Assembly: GCA_034416335.1 (NCBI GenBank) | Contig: DAOULV010000019.1 | Coordinates: 7,765-71,764 of the forward strand | Reading direction: 5' to 3' | DNA length: 64,000 nt | Source: Dehalococcoidales bacterium | Lineage (GTDB): Bacteria > Chloroflexota > Dehalococcoidia > Dehalococcoidales > UBA2162 | Shown: positions 26,792-35,758 of the stretch, one piece after another | Layout of the letters: each line of letters opens with the position of its first letter | How positions within the stretch are numbered: position 1 is the stretch's first letter | Position numbers and translations under genes: made by a program | The notes under the pieces: generated by a model | Told to the model about the DNA's origin: nothing | Seen by the model: only the letters and a program-made list of their open reading frames with translations | The model's database searches: none

Positions 26792-27853
26792 TTAAGAATT
26801 TTCGGTCAGCCAGTTGATTATTATGTCAAGAGTATCCGTGTCCAGTATGGTATCGGGGCCGTTATAATTCGGCGCAGCCAGGTTTATTTCATTTTTAGGC
26901 TTTTCTTCGTGTTTCAATACGTGATTGGCATTTTCAGGAAACGAAAAAGTAATATTATCCTTGCCTTCGGCGGCCGCCTGCAGTTTTACGCCGTCGTATT
27001 CCCAGTTTATTTGTATGTCTTTCTTACCTATTATCACCAGTACCGGAACATCGATTTCTTTCAGGTCCGGTGCGATATCCTTTTTCCACAGCTCCAGCGT
27101 AAAGGGCATATTTACCGGATTTGCCAGGCTCTGGAGAAACATTTTTATGCCTGCAGGCAATGAATCATCCGGTTCTATTGTCCCCGTTGCCAGGAAACCT
27201 TCGACCGCTTCATCGTACATCTTCATTATCTCTTCGGCACCCGGCATTCCCGCAAGCTGGGCTTCTATCTGCGTCCTCGCCAGGTCACCCATTGACTGTC
27301 CGGGAGGAGCGGCCAGGATTATACCCGCAAATTTTTTATCGGTGGCTTGAAGCTGGTAGTTAACGGCATGAATGCATCCCTCGCTGTTGGCCAGAGCGAA
27401 TATCCTGTCCCGGTCTACATCCGCTCTTTCGAGCAGGACATTCACCGCACCCCGCAGTTCCTCCTGGTGGCTCTCCATGCTGATTTTACCGATAAGCAGC
27501 GGCGTATTCTCGGCGGCATGTTCTCCGGCAAAACGTTTATCGTATCTGATAGTGACATACCCCCGCGAAGCCAGTTCCTCGGCAAGCAGGGCTGCGCTGC
27601 CGTTCTTACCCGGAAGCAGCGGTGAATTCCAGTCACGGTCTGTCGGGCCGCTTCCTGGAATAAAGACTACCGCCGGAAGATTTTCACCTGAATCCGGTCG
27701 CGTAATCGTTGCATAAACGGTCGTGTCCCCTATCGGCCAGCTTATTTCCTCCGAAACAACCTCGGTTGAAGCTGGTGCGGTATTACCGCATCCCGGAAAT
27801 ATTCCTGCAAACAGCATTAGCAGTCCCCCGATAAGTAGTATTTCCTTTTTCAT
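26792..27853 (-). CDS. Alpha/beta hydrolase, lipoprotein
   Basis: 353 aa. It has a signal peptide with lipobox FPGCG and a nucleophile elbow ANSEG in an alpha/beta hydrolase context. Confidence 0.7.
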   Translation of the reverse strand: MKKEILLIGGLLMLFAGIFPGCGNTAPASTEVVSEEISWPIGDTTVYATITRPDSGENLPAVVFIPGSGPTDRDWNSPLLPGKNGSAALLAEELASRGYVTIRYDKRFAGEHAAENTPLLIGKISMESHQEELRGAVNVLLERADVDRDRIFALANSEGCIHAVNYQLQATDKKFAGIILAAPPGQSMGDLARTQIEAQLAGMPGAEEIMKMYDEAVEGFLATGTIEPDDSLPAGIKMFLQSLANPVNMPFTLELWKKDIAPDLKEIDVPVLVIIGKKDIQINWEYDGVKLQAAAEGKDNITFSFPENANHVLKHEEKPKNEINLAAPNYNGPDTILDTDTLDIIINWLTENS

Positions 27854-27874
27854 TAATCCACTCCTTGAATGGTC

Positions 27875-28555
27875 TTATTCCTGTTTTATTCCGGTTCCGG
27901 CAGAATGGGCATCCGGGTCTCTTTTCCATACCAGGTATGAATATACGAACAGGAAAACGACAGATGCAGCTCCGATGCCGATCAGTATGTAGAACGCGAT
28001 TTTCTCCTGGAAGGGGGCTGCTATCACCATTCCCAGCCCGATTATCACGAACAGCCACCCGCCGAGACGGTGCGTCTTATTCCAGGACTCCTCGCTGGAT
28101 AGCGTCCATGGAGACCTTATGCCGACGAACCAGGTAGGCCGCAGTTTTCCCATATAGTTGCCGATTATTATCAGTAAAAAGCCGACAATCATAAACACGG
28201 CGATATTCATATTGACGTTTATTCCCATTATCCACAGGAATGTAATAGTTTTTATTGCTGTCAGCACCATGATTATGGCTGTCCGTATAAACAGGTATCT
28301 GTTCCAGAACCTCGGGTAATTTTCCCTCCTCGGGTCCAGTCGCGGCAGCACCAGGAATAGAATATACACCCCGAGCGCTATAAGCGGCGCGGCAAACAGT
28401 CCGACGAACTTACCGGCATAATTATCGGGTTCGCCGGAAATTCCCCAGTGTATCGGAATACTCTCGGGTGCATGCGGCCAGGCAATAACAGCCAGGGTGA
28501 ACATAGCTGCCATACAGGCAACAGGCAGAATTTCGGTCCTCCAGTTGAGCTTCAT
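27875..28555 (-). CDS. SdpI/YhfL family membrane protein (DUF1648 + SdpI)
   Basis: 226 aa. Motifs are IPIHWG..G.PD and GNYMGKLRPTWFVGIRSPWTLSSEESWNKTHR. Confidence 0.8.
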   Translation of the reverse strand: MKLNWRTEILPVACMAAMFTLAVIAWPHAPESIPIHWGISGEPDNYAGKFVGLFAAPLIALGVYILFLVLPRLDPRRENYPRFWNRYLFIRTAIIMVLTAIKTITFLWIMGINVNMNIAVFMIVGFLLIIIGNYMGKLRPTWFVGIRSPWTLSSEESWNKTHRLGGWLFVIIGLGMVIAAPFQEKIAFYILIGIGAASVVFLFVYSYLVWKRDPDAHSAGTGIKQE

Positions 28556-28845
28556 CTCTTCCCCCTTTTCCCAGTACCCGATTGGTCGATATCGAACAGG
28601 TTCATAACCGCCGCGGTCACTTCCTCGATTACCGAAAGGTTCAGGCTGTAATAGACGGTGGTACCGTTTTTCTCTTCCTGTATGAGGTCGGCTTTTTTAA
28701 GGATGTTAAAGTGGCTGGACAAAGTCGATTTCGCAATGGTGAAATGTGAAGCCACTTCCCCGGCACTCATGGTTCTTCTCCCGAGCAGCCGCAGTATCTC
28801 ACGTCTGTTGGGATCGGCCAGTGCCTTGAATATGCTCTCACTCAT
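28552..28845 (-). CDS. ArsR/SmtB family regulator (SdpR-like autorepressor)
   Basis: 97 aa. It reads ALADPNRREILRLL..MSAGEVASHF..STLSSHFNILKKADLI and overlaps the SdpI-like gene by 4 nt. Confidence 0.85.
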   Translation of the reverse strand: MSESIFKALADPNRREILRLLGRRTMSAGEVASHFTIAKSTLSSHFNILKKADLIQEEKNGTTVYYSLNLSVIEEVTAAVMNLFDIDQSGTGKRGKR

Positions 28846-28850
28846 TGCTA

Positions 28851-28882
28851 ATCATTATTTCGATGAATATCGAAATAATGAT
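28851..28882. promoter_or_regulatory. Perfect 14-4-14 palindrome, candidate ArsR/SdpR operator
   Basis: ATCATTATTTCGAT-GAAT-ATCGAAATAATGAT begins 6 nt upstream of the regulator start codon. Confidence 0.55.
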
Positions 28883-29012
28883 ACACCCGGAAACCGGAGG
28901 TGTCAATAATTGGACGTAATACAATTGGAATAAGCCGTATGGTGTTATTTCACGGACGACTCTTAGATGATGTTATATATGGGGAAAACATGTCTTCAAA
29001 GAAAGGATATAA

Positions 29013-29852
29013 CTAAATTTTTACCGGCTCTCCGGTCCCGTCCGGCCTGTCTTTACGCCGAACTGACCTCAGGATAAGGAAAGCCAGAATTCCCAGAGAC
29101 ACGGCAAGAACACCTATACCTACCAGCTGGGCCTGCTGCAGCCCGCCGGCAAACTGGTTTTCCAGCCTGACGAAAGTAAGCAGGAATCTGCCCAGTGAGT
29201 AGATTGAAAAGTAGCTGGCGAACAAAATCCCGCTGGTATGAAACTTTTTTCTGAGTTTAAGCAGGACGAACAAGGTCGCTAAATTCCAGAGCATTTCGTA
29301 TACGGGATAGGGATGGGTCGGCAGCCCTCTTAACTCTTGCGGTATTACGGCATTCGGATGAGTGTAAATGAATCCCCAGGGCAGTCCCGTTATTCCGCCG
29401 TAAGCGTCACCGTTGATAATACAGCCTATTCTTCCAATAATCTGCCCTGCCAGGAGAGCCGGCACCAGCGCATCCAGTACTGCACCTAAAGGTATCTTTT
29501 TAATGTACGAATGGATGACGATTGCCAGACCGCCTCCTAATAAAGCCCCCCATATTGCCAGACCGCCTTGCTGTATCTGAATTATTCTTGACGGATTTTC
29601 AATATAGAACTGCCAGTGGTCGACTACGTGAAACAGTCTTGCCCCGATAACACCGGCTCCAAACATCCAGGGGAGAAGTGACGTCAGTGCCGATGGAGGT
29701 AGTCCCTTTCTTTTATACTCACGGAAGGCAATATAGACCGCAGTAATCACTGCCGTGATTATCGCCAGCGTATACCACCTGAATTCGAACGAACCAATAC
29801 TGAAAATTACCGGATCTATATTTATTACGATTCCGTTCAAATGAAAATCCAC
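29013..29852 (-). CDS. lgt: Prolipoprotein diacylglyceryl transferase
   Basis: 279 aa, multi-TM. Motifs are [19 protein letters not shown] and [13 protein letters not shown]. The exact start is uncertain (GTG 29852 or a downstream TTG). Confidence 0.9.
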   Translation of the reverse strand: MDFHLNGIVINIDPVIFSIGSFEFRWYTLAIITAVITAVYIAFREYKRKGLPPSALTSLLPWMFGAGVIGARLFHVVDHWQFYIENPSRIIQIQQGGLAIWGALLGGGLAIVIHSYIKKIPLGAVLDALVPALLAGQIIGRIGCIINGDAYGGITGLPWGFIYTHPNAVIPQELRGLPTHPYPVYEMLWNLATLFVLLKLRKKFHTSGILFASYFSIYSLGRFLLTFVRLENQFAGGLQQAQLVGIGVLAVSLGILAFLILRSVRRKDRPDGTGEPVKI

Positions 29853-29968
29853 TCCTCAGCTTAATATAACCTCACTCGTCCGTAAAATAAGTGACTAAAA
29901 TCGCAATGCAGGGAGCGGGAATCGTTGGAACTGGAAAAATACTCGTCGATAGCAGGTTTTTTGTTTTG

Positions 29969-30472
29969 CTATTCCAGCGTTTTCAGATAATCTATCAGGT
30001 CGTCGAGGTCCCGTTCATCCATTCTCCAGCGCGGCATTTCCTCGTCGAGAGGTTCTCCGGCGGGATTTAGTCCTTTCGTTATTGCCTGTCTCACTGTCTC
30101 TTCCGTGTATGGAGGATGCTCTTCATGCTCCTCGTCACCGTTTCCTTCTTCGTGGTGCTCCTCGGATGTAAGGTGTTCCCAGGTGATGTCGGGAGTATTA
30201 AAACTCCACATCATCATGTTCACCCTGCCTCCCCTGCCGTCATCCCCATGGCAGTTGGCGCAGGCGATCGGGTGCATCATACTGATACTGCCGGTATAGG
30301 AAATAGGACTGCCTGACGAACTCTCAGCAGTGAAATAAATCCTCTCTCCGTTGGATTCGTATGATCTGCTGCATCCCGCCAGTATTAACAATATGCCTGA
30401 TAAAATTATTACCGGAATCAAGATATTTCGAAACCGTCTTTCCATCGATATCCTCCTGGTTATAGCTGTCAT
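29969..30472 (-). CDS. Lipoprotein c-type cytochrome with a His/Glu-rich insert
   Basis: 167 aa. It has lipobox LAGCS, heme motif CANCH, the insert [16 protein letters not shown] and a class I C-terminus [13 protein letters not shown]. Its ATG overlaps the copB stop as ATGA. Confidence 0.75.
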   Translation of the reverse strand: MTAITRRISMERRFRNILIPVIILSGILLILAGCSRSYESNGERIYFTAESSSGSPISYTGSISMMHPIACANCHGDDGRGGRVNMMMWSFNTPDITWEHLTSEEHHEEGNGDEEHEEHPPYTEETVRQAITKGLNPAGEPLDEEMPRWRMDERDLDDLIDYLKTLE

Positions 30473-32556
30473 CCGTCTTTTTCCACCTTCAGGAATCTGG
30501 CATTTATCGCAACGATTATCGTACTGAGCGCCATTAATGCAGCTCCGACCGCAGGGTCCAGAATTATACCGACACTGTAAGCGACACCTGCCGCCAGCGG
30601 GATAGCTATGACGTTGTATCCCGTTGCCCAGATTAAATTCTGTATCATCTTTTTATAGGTAGCCCGTGACAGGCTGATAATTGAAGTAACATCCTGGGGA
30701 TTGCTCCTTACCAGGACCACATCTGCTGTCGCGACCGCGACATCGGTACCGGCCCCAATGGCAATACCCACGTCAGCCTGCGCCAGCGCAGGAGCGTCAT
30801 TGACGCCGTCGCCGGTCATTGCTACGACCAGTCCACGGGCCTGTACTTCTTTCACCTTTTCAGCTTTCTTGTCGGGTAACACTTCGGCAAAATATTCATC
30901 CAGTCCCGTTTCCTCGGCTACCCACTTTGCGACAGGCTCGTTATCGCCGGTTATCATCATACACCGAACGCCCATCTCTTTTAGTCGGCTTATCGCCTCC
31001 CTGGATTCCTCCCTGATGATATCGGCCAGGGCAATCGCACCGGACAGTTCTCCATCGATTAATACGAATATTACCGTCTTCCCCTGTGAGATAAGGCTGT
31101 TTATCCTGTCGTCATTGACCTCTATCCCGTTTTCCTGGAGATATCCCGGGCTGACCGCCTTTACATCCTTCCCGTTTACCTTGCCCCGGGTGCCTTTACC
31201 CGGTATCGACATAAACTCTTCTACCCTGAAGGTTTCATCGGCGGAAGATACGATACCTTTTGCTATCGGGTGTTCGGAATGTGTTTCCACGGAGGCTGCA
31301 TATTTGAGGATTTCTTTATCGTCGAGTTTATCGTTCAGGGCAATAATATCGGTTACCCCGAATTCCCCCTTTGTAAGCGTACCGGTTTTATCGAACAGTA
31401 CGGCCTGGACTTTTCTGGCCTGCTCGAAACCGTCGCGGTTCTTTATCAGGAGACCGGCTTTCGCGGAAACCGAGGTGGAAACGGATACCACCAGTGGGAT
31501 AGCTAAACCGAGGGCGTGAGGGCAGGTAATGACCATTACCGTCACCATCCTTGATAGAGCGAAGACAAATTCTCTCCGGGCGACTCCCAGCCATACCACC
31601 AGAGTTATCAGTCCCACGCTTATTGCAATGATGGTCAACCAGAGCGCTGCCCGGTCCGCCAGGCCCTGAGTTCTCGATTTACTTTCCTGCGCCTGGCGTA
31701 CTAATTCAGTCATCTGGGAAAGATAAGAGTCTTCCCCGGTCTTTTTAACCTCGACGGTTATGGAACCTTCGCCATTTACCGAACCGCCGATTACACTTGC
31801 CCCCTGCCGTTTTTGAACCGGCACGGACTCGCCGGTCAACATCGCCTCGTTTACCGACGTATCTCCTTCGACAACGTCTCCGTCGACGGGTATCTTTTCA
31901 CCCGGTTTTACCAGTACGATGTCTCCGATTCTTAGTTCATTGAGAGGAACTTCCATCGTATTACCGTCCGGCATCACTTTATGCGCTTCGGAAGGCATCA
32001 GTCTGGCCAGTTCTTCCAGAGCGGATGAAGCGGCCATTATGGACCTCATCTCCAGCCAGTGCCCCAGCAGCATCACATCGATAAGGGTGGCCAACTCCCA
32101 GAAAAATACGCTGCCGCTCAATCCAAATGTAACAGCGCTGCTGTATACGTAAGCTACCGTTACGGCCAGTGCTATCAGCGTCATCATCCCGGGAGCTTTC
32201 GACTTTATTTCATCATAAAAACCCTTGAGGAAAGGATAGCCTCCGTAAAAGAAAATAGCTGAGGAAAGAGCGAATAAAACATACTCATCACCGGTAAAAC
32301 TGATGATTCCTTCCAGGTTGAGAAATCGCTGGATCAGCGGAGAAAGGAGTAAAACCGGGATAGTGATAATGAGTGATATCCAGAACCGTTTCTTAAAATC
32401 AGCTACCATCATCGCGTGATGACTGCCATGCCCGCTGTGATCACCGTGCCCTGTCATCCCTTCATGTCCCGAATGGCCGCTCATATCATGCATATGTTCA
32501 TGCCCGGTCGTCTCGCCTGCCTGTCCGTTATTATGGTGCTGCATATGTTCGTCCAT
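30469..32556 (-). CDS. copB: Heavy-metal (copper) P1B-type ATPase, CopB-like, with a His-rich N-terminus
   Basis: 695 aa. The N-terminus is [29 protein letters not shown]. It has a TM CPH motif ([10 protein letters not shown]), DKTGTLT and GDGVNDAP. Confidence 0.9.
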   Translation of the reverse strand: MDEHMQHHNNGQAGETTGHEHMHDMSGHSGHEGMTGHGDHSGHGSHHAMMVADFKKRFWISLIITIPVLLLSPLIQRFLNLEGIISFTGDEYVLFALSSAIFFYGGYPFLKGFYDEIKSKAPGMMTLIALAVTVAYVYSSAVTFGLSGSVFFWELATLIDVMLLGHWLEMRSIMAASSALEELARLMPSEAHKVMPDGNTMEVPLNELRIGDIVLVKPGEKIPVDGDVVEGDTSVNEAMLTGESVPVQKRQGASVIGGSVNGEGSITVEVKKTGEDSYLSQMTELVRQAQESKSRTQGLADRAALWLTIIAISVGLITLVVWLGVARREFVFALSRMVTVMVITCPHALGLAIPLVVSVSTSVSAKAGLLIKNRDGFEQARKVQAVLFDKTGTLTKGEFGVTDIIALNDKLDDKEILKYAASVETHSEHPIAKGIVSSADETFRVEEFMSIPGKGTRGKVNGKDVKAVSPGYLQENGIEVNDDRINSLISQGKTVIFVLIDGELSGAIALADIIREESREAISRLKEMGVRCMMITGDNEPVAKWVAEETGLDEYFAEVLPDKKAEKVKEVQARGLVVAMTGDGVNDAPALAQADVGIAIGAGTDVAVATADVVLVRSNPQDVTSIISLSRATYKKMIQNLIWATGYNVIAIPLAAGVAYSVGIILDPAVGAALMALSTIIVAINARFLKVEKDG

Positions 32557-32578
32557 CAGTCTTTACCTTCTTAATCCT

Positions 32579-33214
32579 TTATACATCCGTCTTTCTAGCC
32601 TCGATGAGCTTGAATATTCCGGCTGCGAGGTCCGTAATATGTTCTATTTTCAGCCCGCTGCGCGTGACATTTTCAACGGTGCGCCGGTTAATGTTCGGCC
32701 CCATAGTGCGTACGACTATCGGATTTACCAGGTTCATCAACCCGGCAATAATCCGGTTGGCACTCAGAACGTGCTCAAGCAGTACCACCTTGCCGCCGGT
32801 TTTTACGACACGCCGGACCTCCTGCAGTCCCCGTACCGGATCGGGTACCGAACAGAAGACGAATGAACCCGCGACCGTATCGAAGGTATTATCCTCAAAC
32901 TCCATGTTCTGCACATCCATCTGGAGTAAATCGACATTTACCTTATCTCTGGCGGCCTTCCTCCCGGCACGCTCAAGCATCTTCTCGCTGAAATCTACTG
33001 CCGTAATCTTTACGTCCTGCGGATAATATGGAAAATTCTTCCCTGTACCGGCTCCGATTTCAAGTATGGTATCTCCCTCGACCTTATTCCAGAGCAGGTT
33101 TCGCCAGCTGCTGTACGCGGAGCGTTCGATAATCCCTTCCAGCAGGTCGTAAATTACTGCCAACCTATCGTATCGTTTTCTGGCATCGGAGTTTACTTTA
33201 ATATCAACCGGCAT
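32579..33214 (-). CDS. Class I SAM-dependent methyltransferase (Methyltransf_11 type)
   Basis: 211 aa. Motif I is ILEIGAGTGKN. It lies upstream of copB on the same strand. Confidence 0.8.
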   Translation of the reverse strand: MPVDIKVNSDARKRYDRLAVIYDLLEGIIERSAYSSWRNLLWNKVEGDTILEIGAGTGKNFPYYPQDVKITAVDFSEKMLERAGRKAARDKVNVDLLQMDVQNMEFEDNTFDTVAGSFVFCSVPDPVRGLQEVRRVVKTGGKVVLLEHVLSANRIIAGLMNLVNPIVVRTMGPNINRRTVENVTRSGLKIEHITDLAAGIFKLIEARKTDV

Positions 33215-33377
33215 TTGTCATCCCTGATTTATCATTTTATCTGTTATTTATATTTATCCCGCTCTGTTTCCTGTCTCGATAATGCCTCTATCAGTTCATT
33301 ATACAATGAGAAAGTATCATATAAGAAAAAATTGATACTAATATCCTGTCTCACAAGTTCGCTGATAAGTCATATGG

Positions 33378-33469
33378 GTTCTGCCGGACTCGCTCATGGT
33401 TCGACAAACTCACCATGAGCGGACAGAACAGCATGATACCGCTCGTCCTGAGCCTGTCGAAGGACGAGC
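33378..33469. repeat. Two adjacent GC-rich hairpins of the FDKL..MSG / LSLSKDE spurious-peptide repeat type
   Basis: GTTCTGCC..CGCTCATGGT-loop-ACCATGAGCG..GACAGAAC is at 33378..33429. GCTCGTCC-loop-GGACGAGC is at 33441..33469. Confidence 0.4.
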
Positions 33470-33541
33470 AGATTATTCAATGTATTTCTGAGACAGATAT
33501 TAAATGATAATTGACAAAGTGATGAGTTGCGAGTTCCAGAC

Positions 33542-34105
33542 CTAATAATATTTTTCTATCCCGCCGAAACCGATCAATTTATTCTGTTCCGATTTCTTAA
33601 TAAAGTTGTCCAGCCGCCTCCTGAATTCGTCGGGCCGGTTGCGGGCGCCTTCGATATACGCCACCCGGATTCTCTTATATGACGGAGAGAAATTTTGATA
33701 GTTCTCCCAGGCTTTTTTGTTATTCTTGATTGTTCGGAGAATATCCGGTGGAAATATAAACTCTTCCTTCAGAACGTTCTCGACAGATTCAAGTATGGAC
33801 GGATGGACCCTTCCTTCTTCGACCAACCGGGCCAGTCTCTCCCTGTTGGATTGAGAATATCCGGAACCGGGTTTCCTCGGAGAAAATCGCTGGGCGGTCG
33901 AGTGTTCATCGACCCGTTTAACGGTACTATCTATCCAGCCGAATGACAAAGCCTCCTCGACGGCGTCATTATAAGGAATACGTGTTTTACCGGACCCTCT
34001 GGACGGATAAATCAACCATATTTCCTTCTCGGTATCGAAGTTGGCCTCAAGCCAGTCATGCCATTCTTTACTGTTACCGACGTAGAGCGTTTTTCCGATA
34101 TCCAT
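33542..34105 (-). CDS. YdeI/OmpD-associated family protein
   Basis: 187 aa. The pattern W..WL..N......W......G...I.Y..AV.EAL.FGWID matches the YdeI-like family as I remember it. Confidence 0.65.
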   Translation of the reverse strand: MDIGKTLYVGNSKEWHDWLEANFDTEKEIWLIYPSRGSGKTRIPYNDAVEEALSFGWIDSTVKRVDEHSTAQRFSPRKPGSGYSQSNRERLARLVEEGRVHPSILESVENVLKEEFIFPPDILRTIKNNKKAWENYQNFSPSYKRIRVAYIEGARNRPDEFRRRLDNFIKKSEQNKLIGFGGIEKYY

Positions 34106-34175
34106 AATTATCTATAGTATTCTTGTTGTTTACCCTATATTGCAAGCCCGGATGACATCCTGAAAAACAGAAAAT

Positions 34176-34219
34176 CCACATCCCTTCCACATAATTTCTC
34201 CACATTCTCCTTTCATAAT
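34176..34219 (+). promoter_or_regulatory. Three direct CCACAT repeats (11- and 13-bp spacing) overlapping a putative promoter; candidate OmpR-family binding sites
   Basis: CCACAT occurs at 34176, 34187 and 34200. CATAAT is at 34214..34219, about 55 nt upstream of the ATG at 34274. Confidence 0.3.
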
Positions 34220-34273
34220 ACACATAAAGGCCGGAAAAACTGACCGGTCAATAAAGAGAAAGGAGAAATCAAG

Positions 34274-34858
34274 ATGAAGAAAAGGACCAAAATCCTGGGC
34301 ATAGCACTGGTACTGGCAGCAATACTGACATTAACTCTGGGGAGTACGGTGTTTGCCGACGCGCCGGACGACGCCGATACATCTGCATACTGCGGCGGTC
34401 AGGGCTGGCATGGATTTATGGGGAATGGAGGAGCCTGTTCGGAGGCCGTCAGCGACCTGCTCGGGTTAACTCAGGAGGAACTGCACGAACTTCGACTGGA
34501 AGGCAATTCTCTTGCCGACATCGCTGCCGCGAACGGTATCACCGAGGATGAACTGGTGGCGACAATCACGGCGGAGAAGACCGAAGCGGTAGAAGCAAGA
34601 GTCGCCGACGGAACCCTTACCCGTGAACAGGCCGACCTGATGATCCAGCGAATGACCGAGCGGACTATCGAAGCCGTCAACAGGACATCAAACGGTCCGG
34701 CGGAATGGCACGGAGGTGGAATGAACGGCAATGGTGAATGTGCCGGTTATGCGAATCACCAGGGCGGTCAAGATTGCGACAATGCCGGGAACAGCTTCGG
34801 TTACGGAATGCACGGCTCCGGTTTTGGTGGTGGAATGCACGGTATGGGCAGACACTAA
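34274..34858 (+). CDS. Secreted protein with a His/Met/Gly-rich C-terminal tail
   Basis: 194 aa. It has a signal peptide (ILGIALVLAAILTLTLGSTVFA), a helical middle and the tail HGGGMNGNGE..GYGMHGSGFGGGMHGMGRH. The RBS is AAAGGAG. Confidence 0.6.
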   Translation: MKKRTKILGIALVLAAILTLTLGSTVFADAPDDADTSAYCGGQGWHGFMGNGGACSEAVSDLLGLTQEELHELRLEGNSLADIAAANGITEDELVATITAEKTEAVEARVADGTLTREQADLMIQRMTERTIEAVNRTSNGPAEWHGGGMNGNGECAGYANHQGGQDCDNAGNSFGYGMHGSGFGGGMHGMGRH

Positions 34859-34902
34859 TACGCCGTAACATCAAAACTACCCGAAGCTAAGCCTGCACCA
34901 GT

Positions 34903-34962
34903 CCCTTCCCCCTTGACGGGGAAGGTCAGGATGAGGGTGAATCCTCTCCCGTCAAGGGGAGG
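34903..34962. repeat. R2-like C-rich hairpin repeat
   Basis: CCCCTTGACGGG pairs with CCCGTCAAGGGG across GAAGGTCAGGATGAGGGTGAATCCTCT. Confidence 0.4.
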
Positions 34963-34989
34963 AAATAAAAAGAATTTTGTTCCGGGTAC

Positions 34990-35024
34990 GGCAAAAAAGG
35001 GGAGGTTCTCTCCCCTTTTTTGCC
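34990..35024 (+). terminator. Rho-independent terminator (15-bp stem containing A/T runs; could act bidirectionally)
   Basis: GGCAAAAAAGGGGAG-gttct-CTCCCCTTTTTTGCC lies downstream of the secreted-protein gene. Confidence 0.6.
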
Positions 35025-35073
35025 GGTTGAAAATATAATGGTACAATCAGATAATCACGACAGAGAAAATACG

Positions 35074-35757
35074 ATGGCAAAGAAAATTCTGGTCGTCGAC
35101 GACGAGAAACAGATTGTCGATATCCTGAGAGCTTACCTGGAAAAGGAAGGATACGGCGTTATCACCGCCTATGACGGGCGGGAAGCGCTGGACTCGGCAC
35201 GGAGAGACCTGCCCGACCTGATAATTCTGGACCTGATGCTTCCCGAAATCTCGGGCTGGGATGTCTGCCGTGAGCTGCGTAAAGAGTCCAACGTCCCGGT
35301 AATAATGCTTACCGCACGCGACGATACCACCGATAAGATTATCGGCCTCGAACTCGGAGCCGACGATTACGTTACCAAGCCGTTCGACCCCAAGGAAATA
35401 GTGTCCAGGGTAAGGGCCGTCCTGCGCCGTTCCGATGGTATATCTCAGCCGAAATCGATACTTAAAGTGGGCGATATCGTTGTCGATCCGGATAAACACT
35501 CGGTCCACCGGGGCGATAAAAATATCGAACTTACCGCTATCGAGTTCGAGATTTACCGGGCGCTGGCGGAGAATCCCGGCAGAGTTTACAGCCGCGCTCA
35601 GCTCCTCGACCAGGTCCAGGGTGATGCTTACGAGGGCTATGAACGCACCATCGATACCCACATCAAGAACCTGCGTAAAAAACTGGATATCCACCGGGAA
35701 CATCCCGGATACATTGTCACCGTTTACGGAGTGGGGTATAAACTTGGAGAGGTTTAA
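35074..35757 (+). CDS. OmpR/PhoB family response regulator
   Basis: It has the receiver KILVVDDE..DLIILDLMLP and a winged-helix C-terminus (TVYGVGYKL). The start is set at MAKKILVV (ATG 35074) rather than track start 35020. Confidence 0.9.
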   Translation: MAKKILVVDDEKQIVDILRAYLEKEGYGVITAYDGREALDSARRDLPDLIILDLMLPEISGWDVCRELRKESNVPVIMLTARDDTTDKIIGLELGADDYVTKPFDPKEIVSRVRAVLRRSDGISQPKSILKVGDIVVDPDKHSVHRGDKNIELTAIEFEIYRALAENPGRVYSRAQLLDQVQGDAYEGYERTIDTHIKNLRKKLDIHREHPGYIVTVYGVGYKLGEV

Positions 35758-35758
35758 C

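Noticed and set aside
35435-35758. 5' extension of the histidine-kinase ORF that overlaps the response-regulator gene.
   Set aside because: It is out-of-frame read-through of the regulator gene. The GTG at 35759, 2 nt after the regulator stop, gives a normal N-terminus with TM1.
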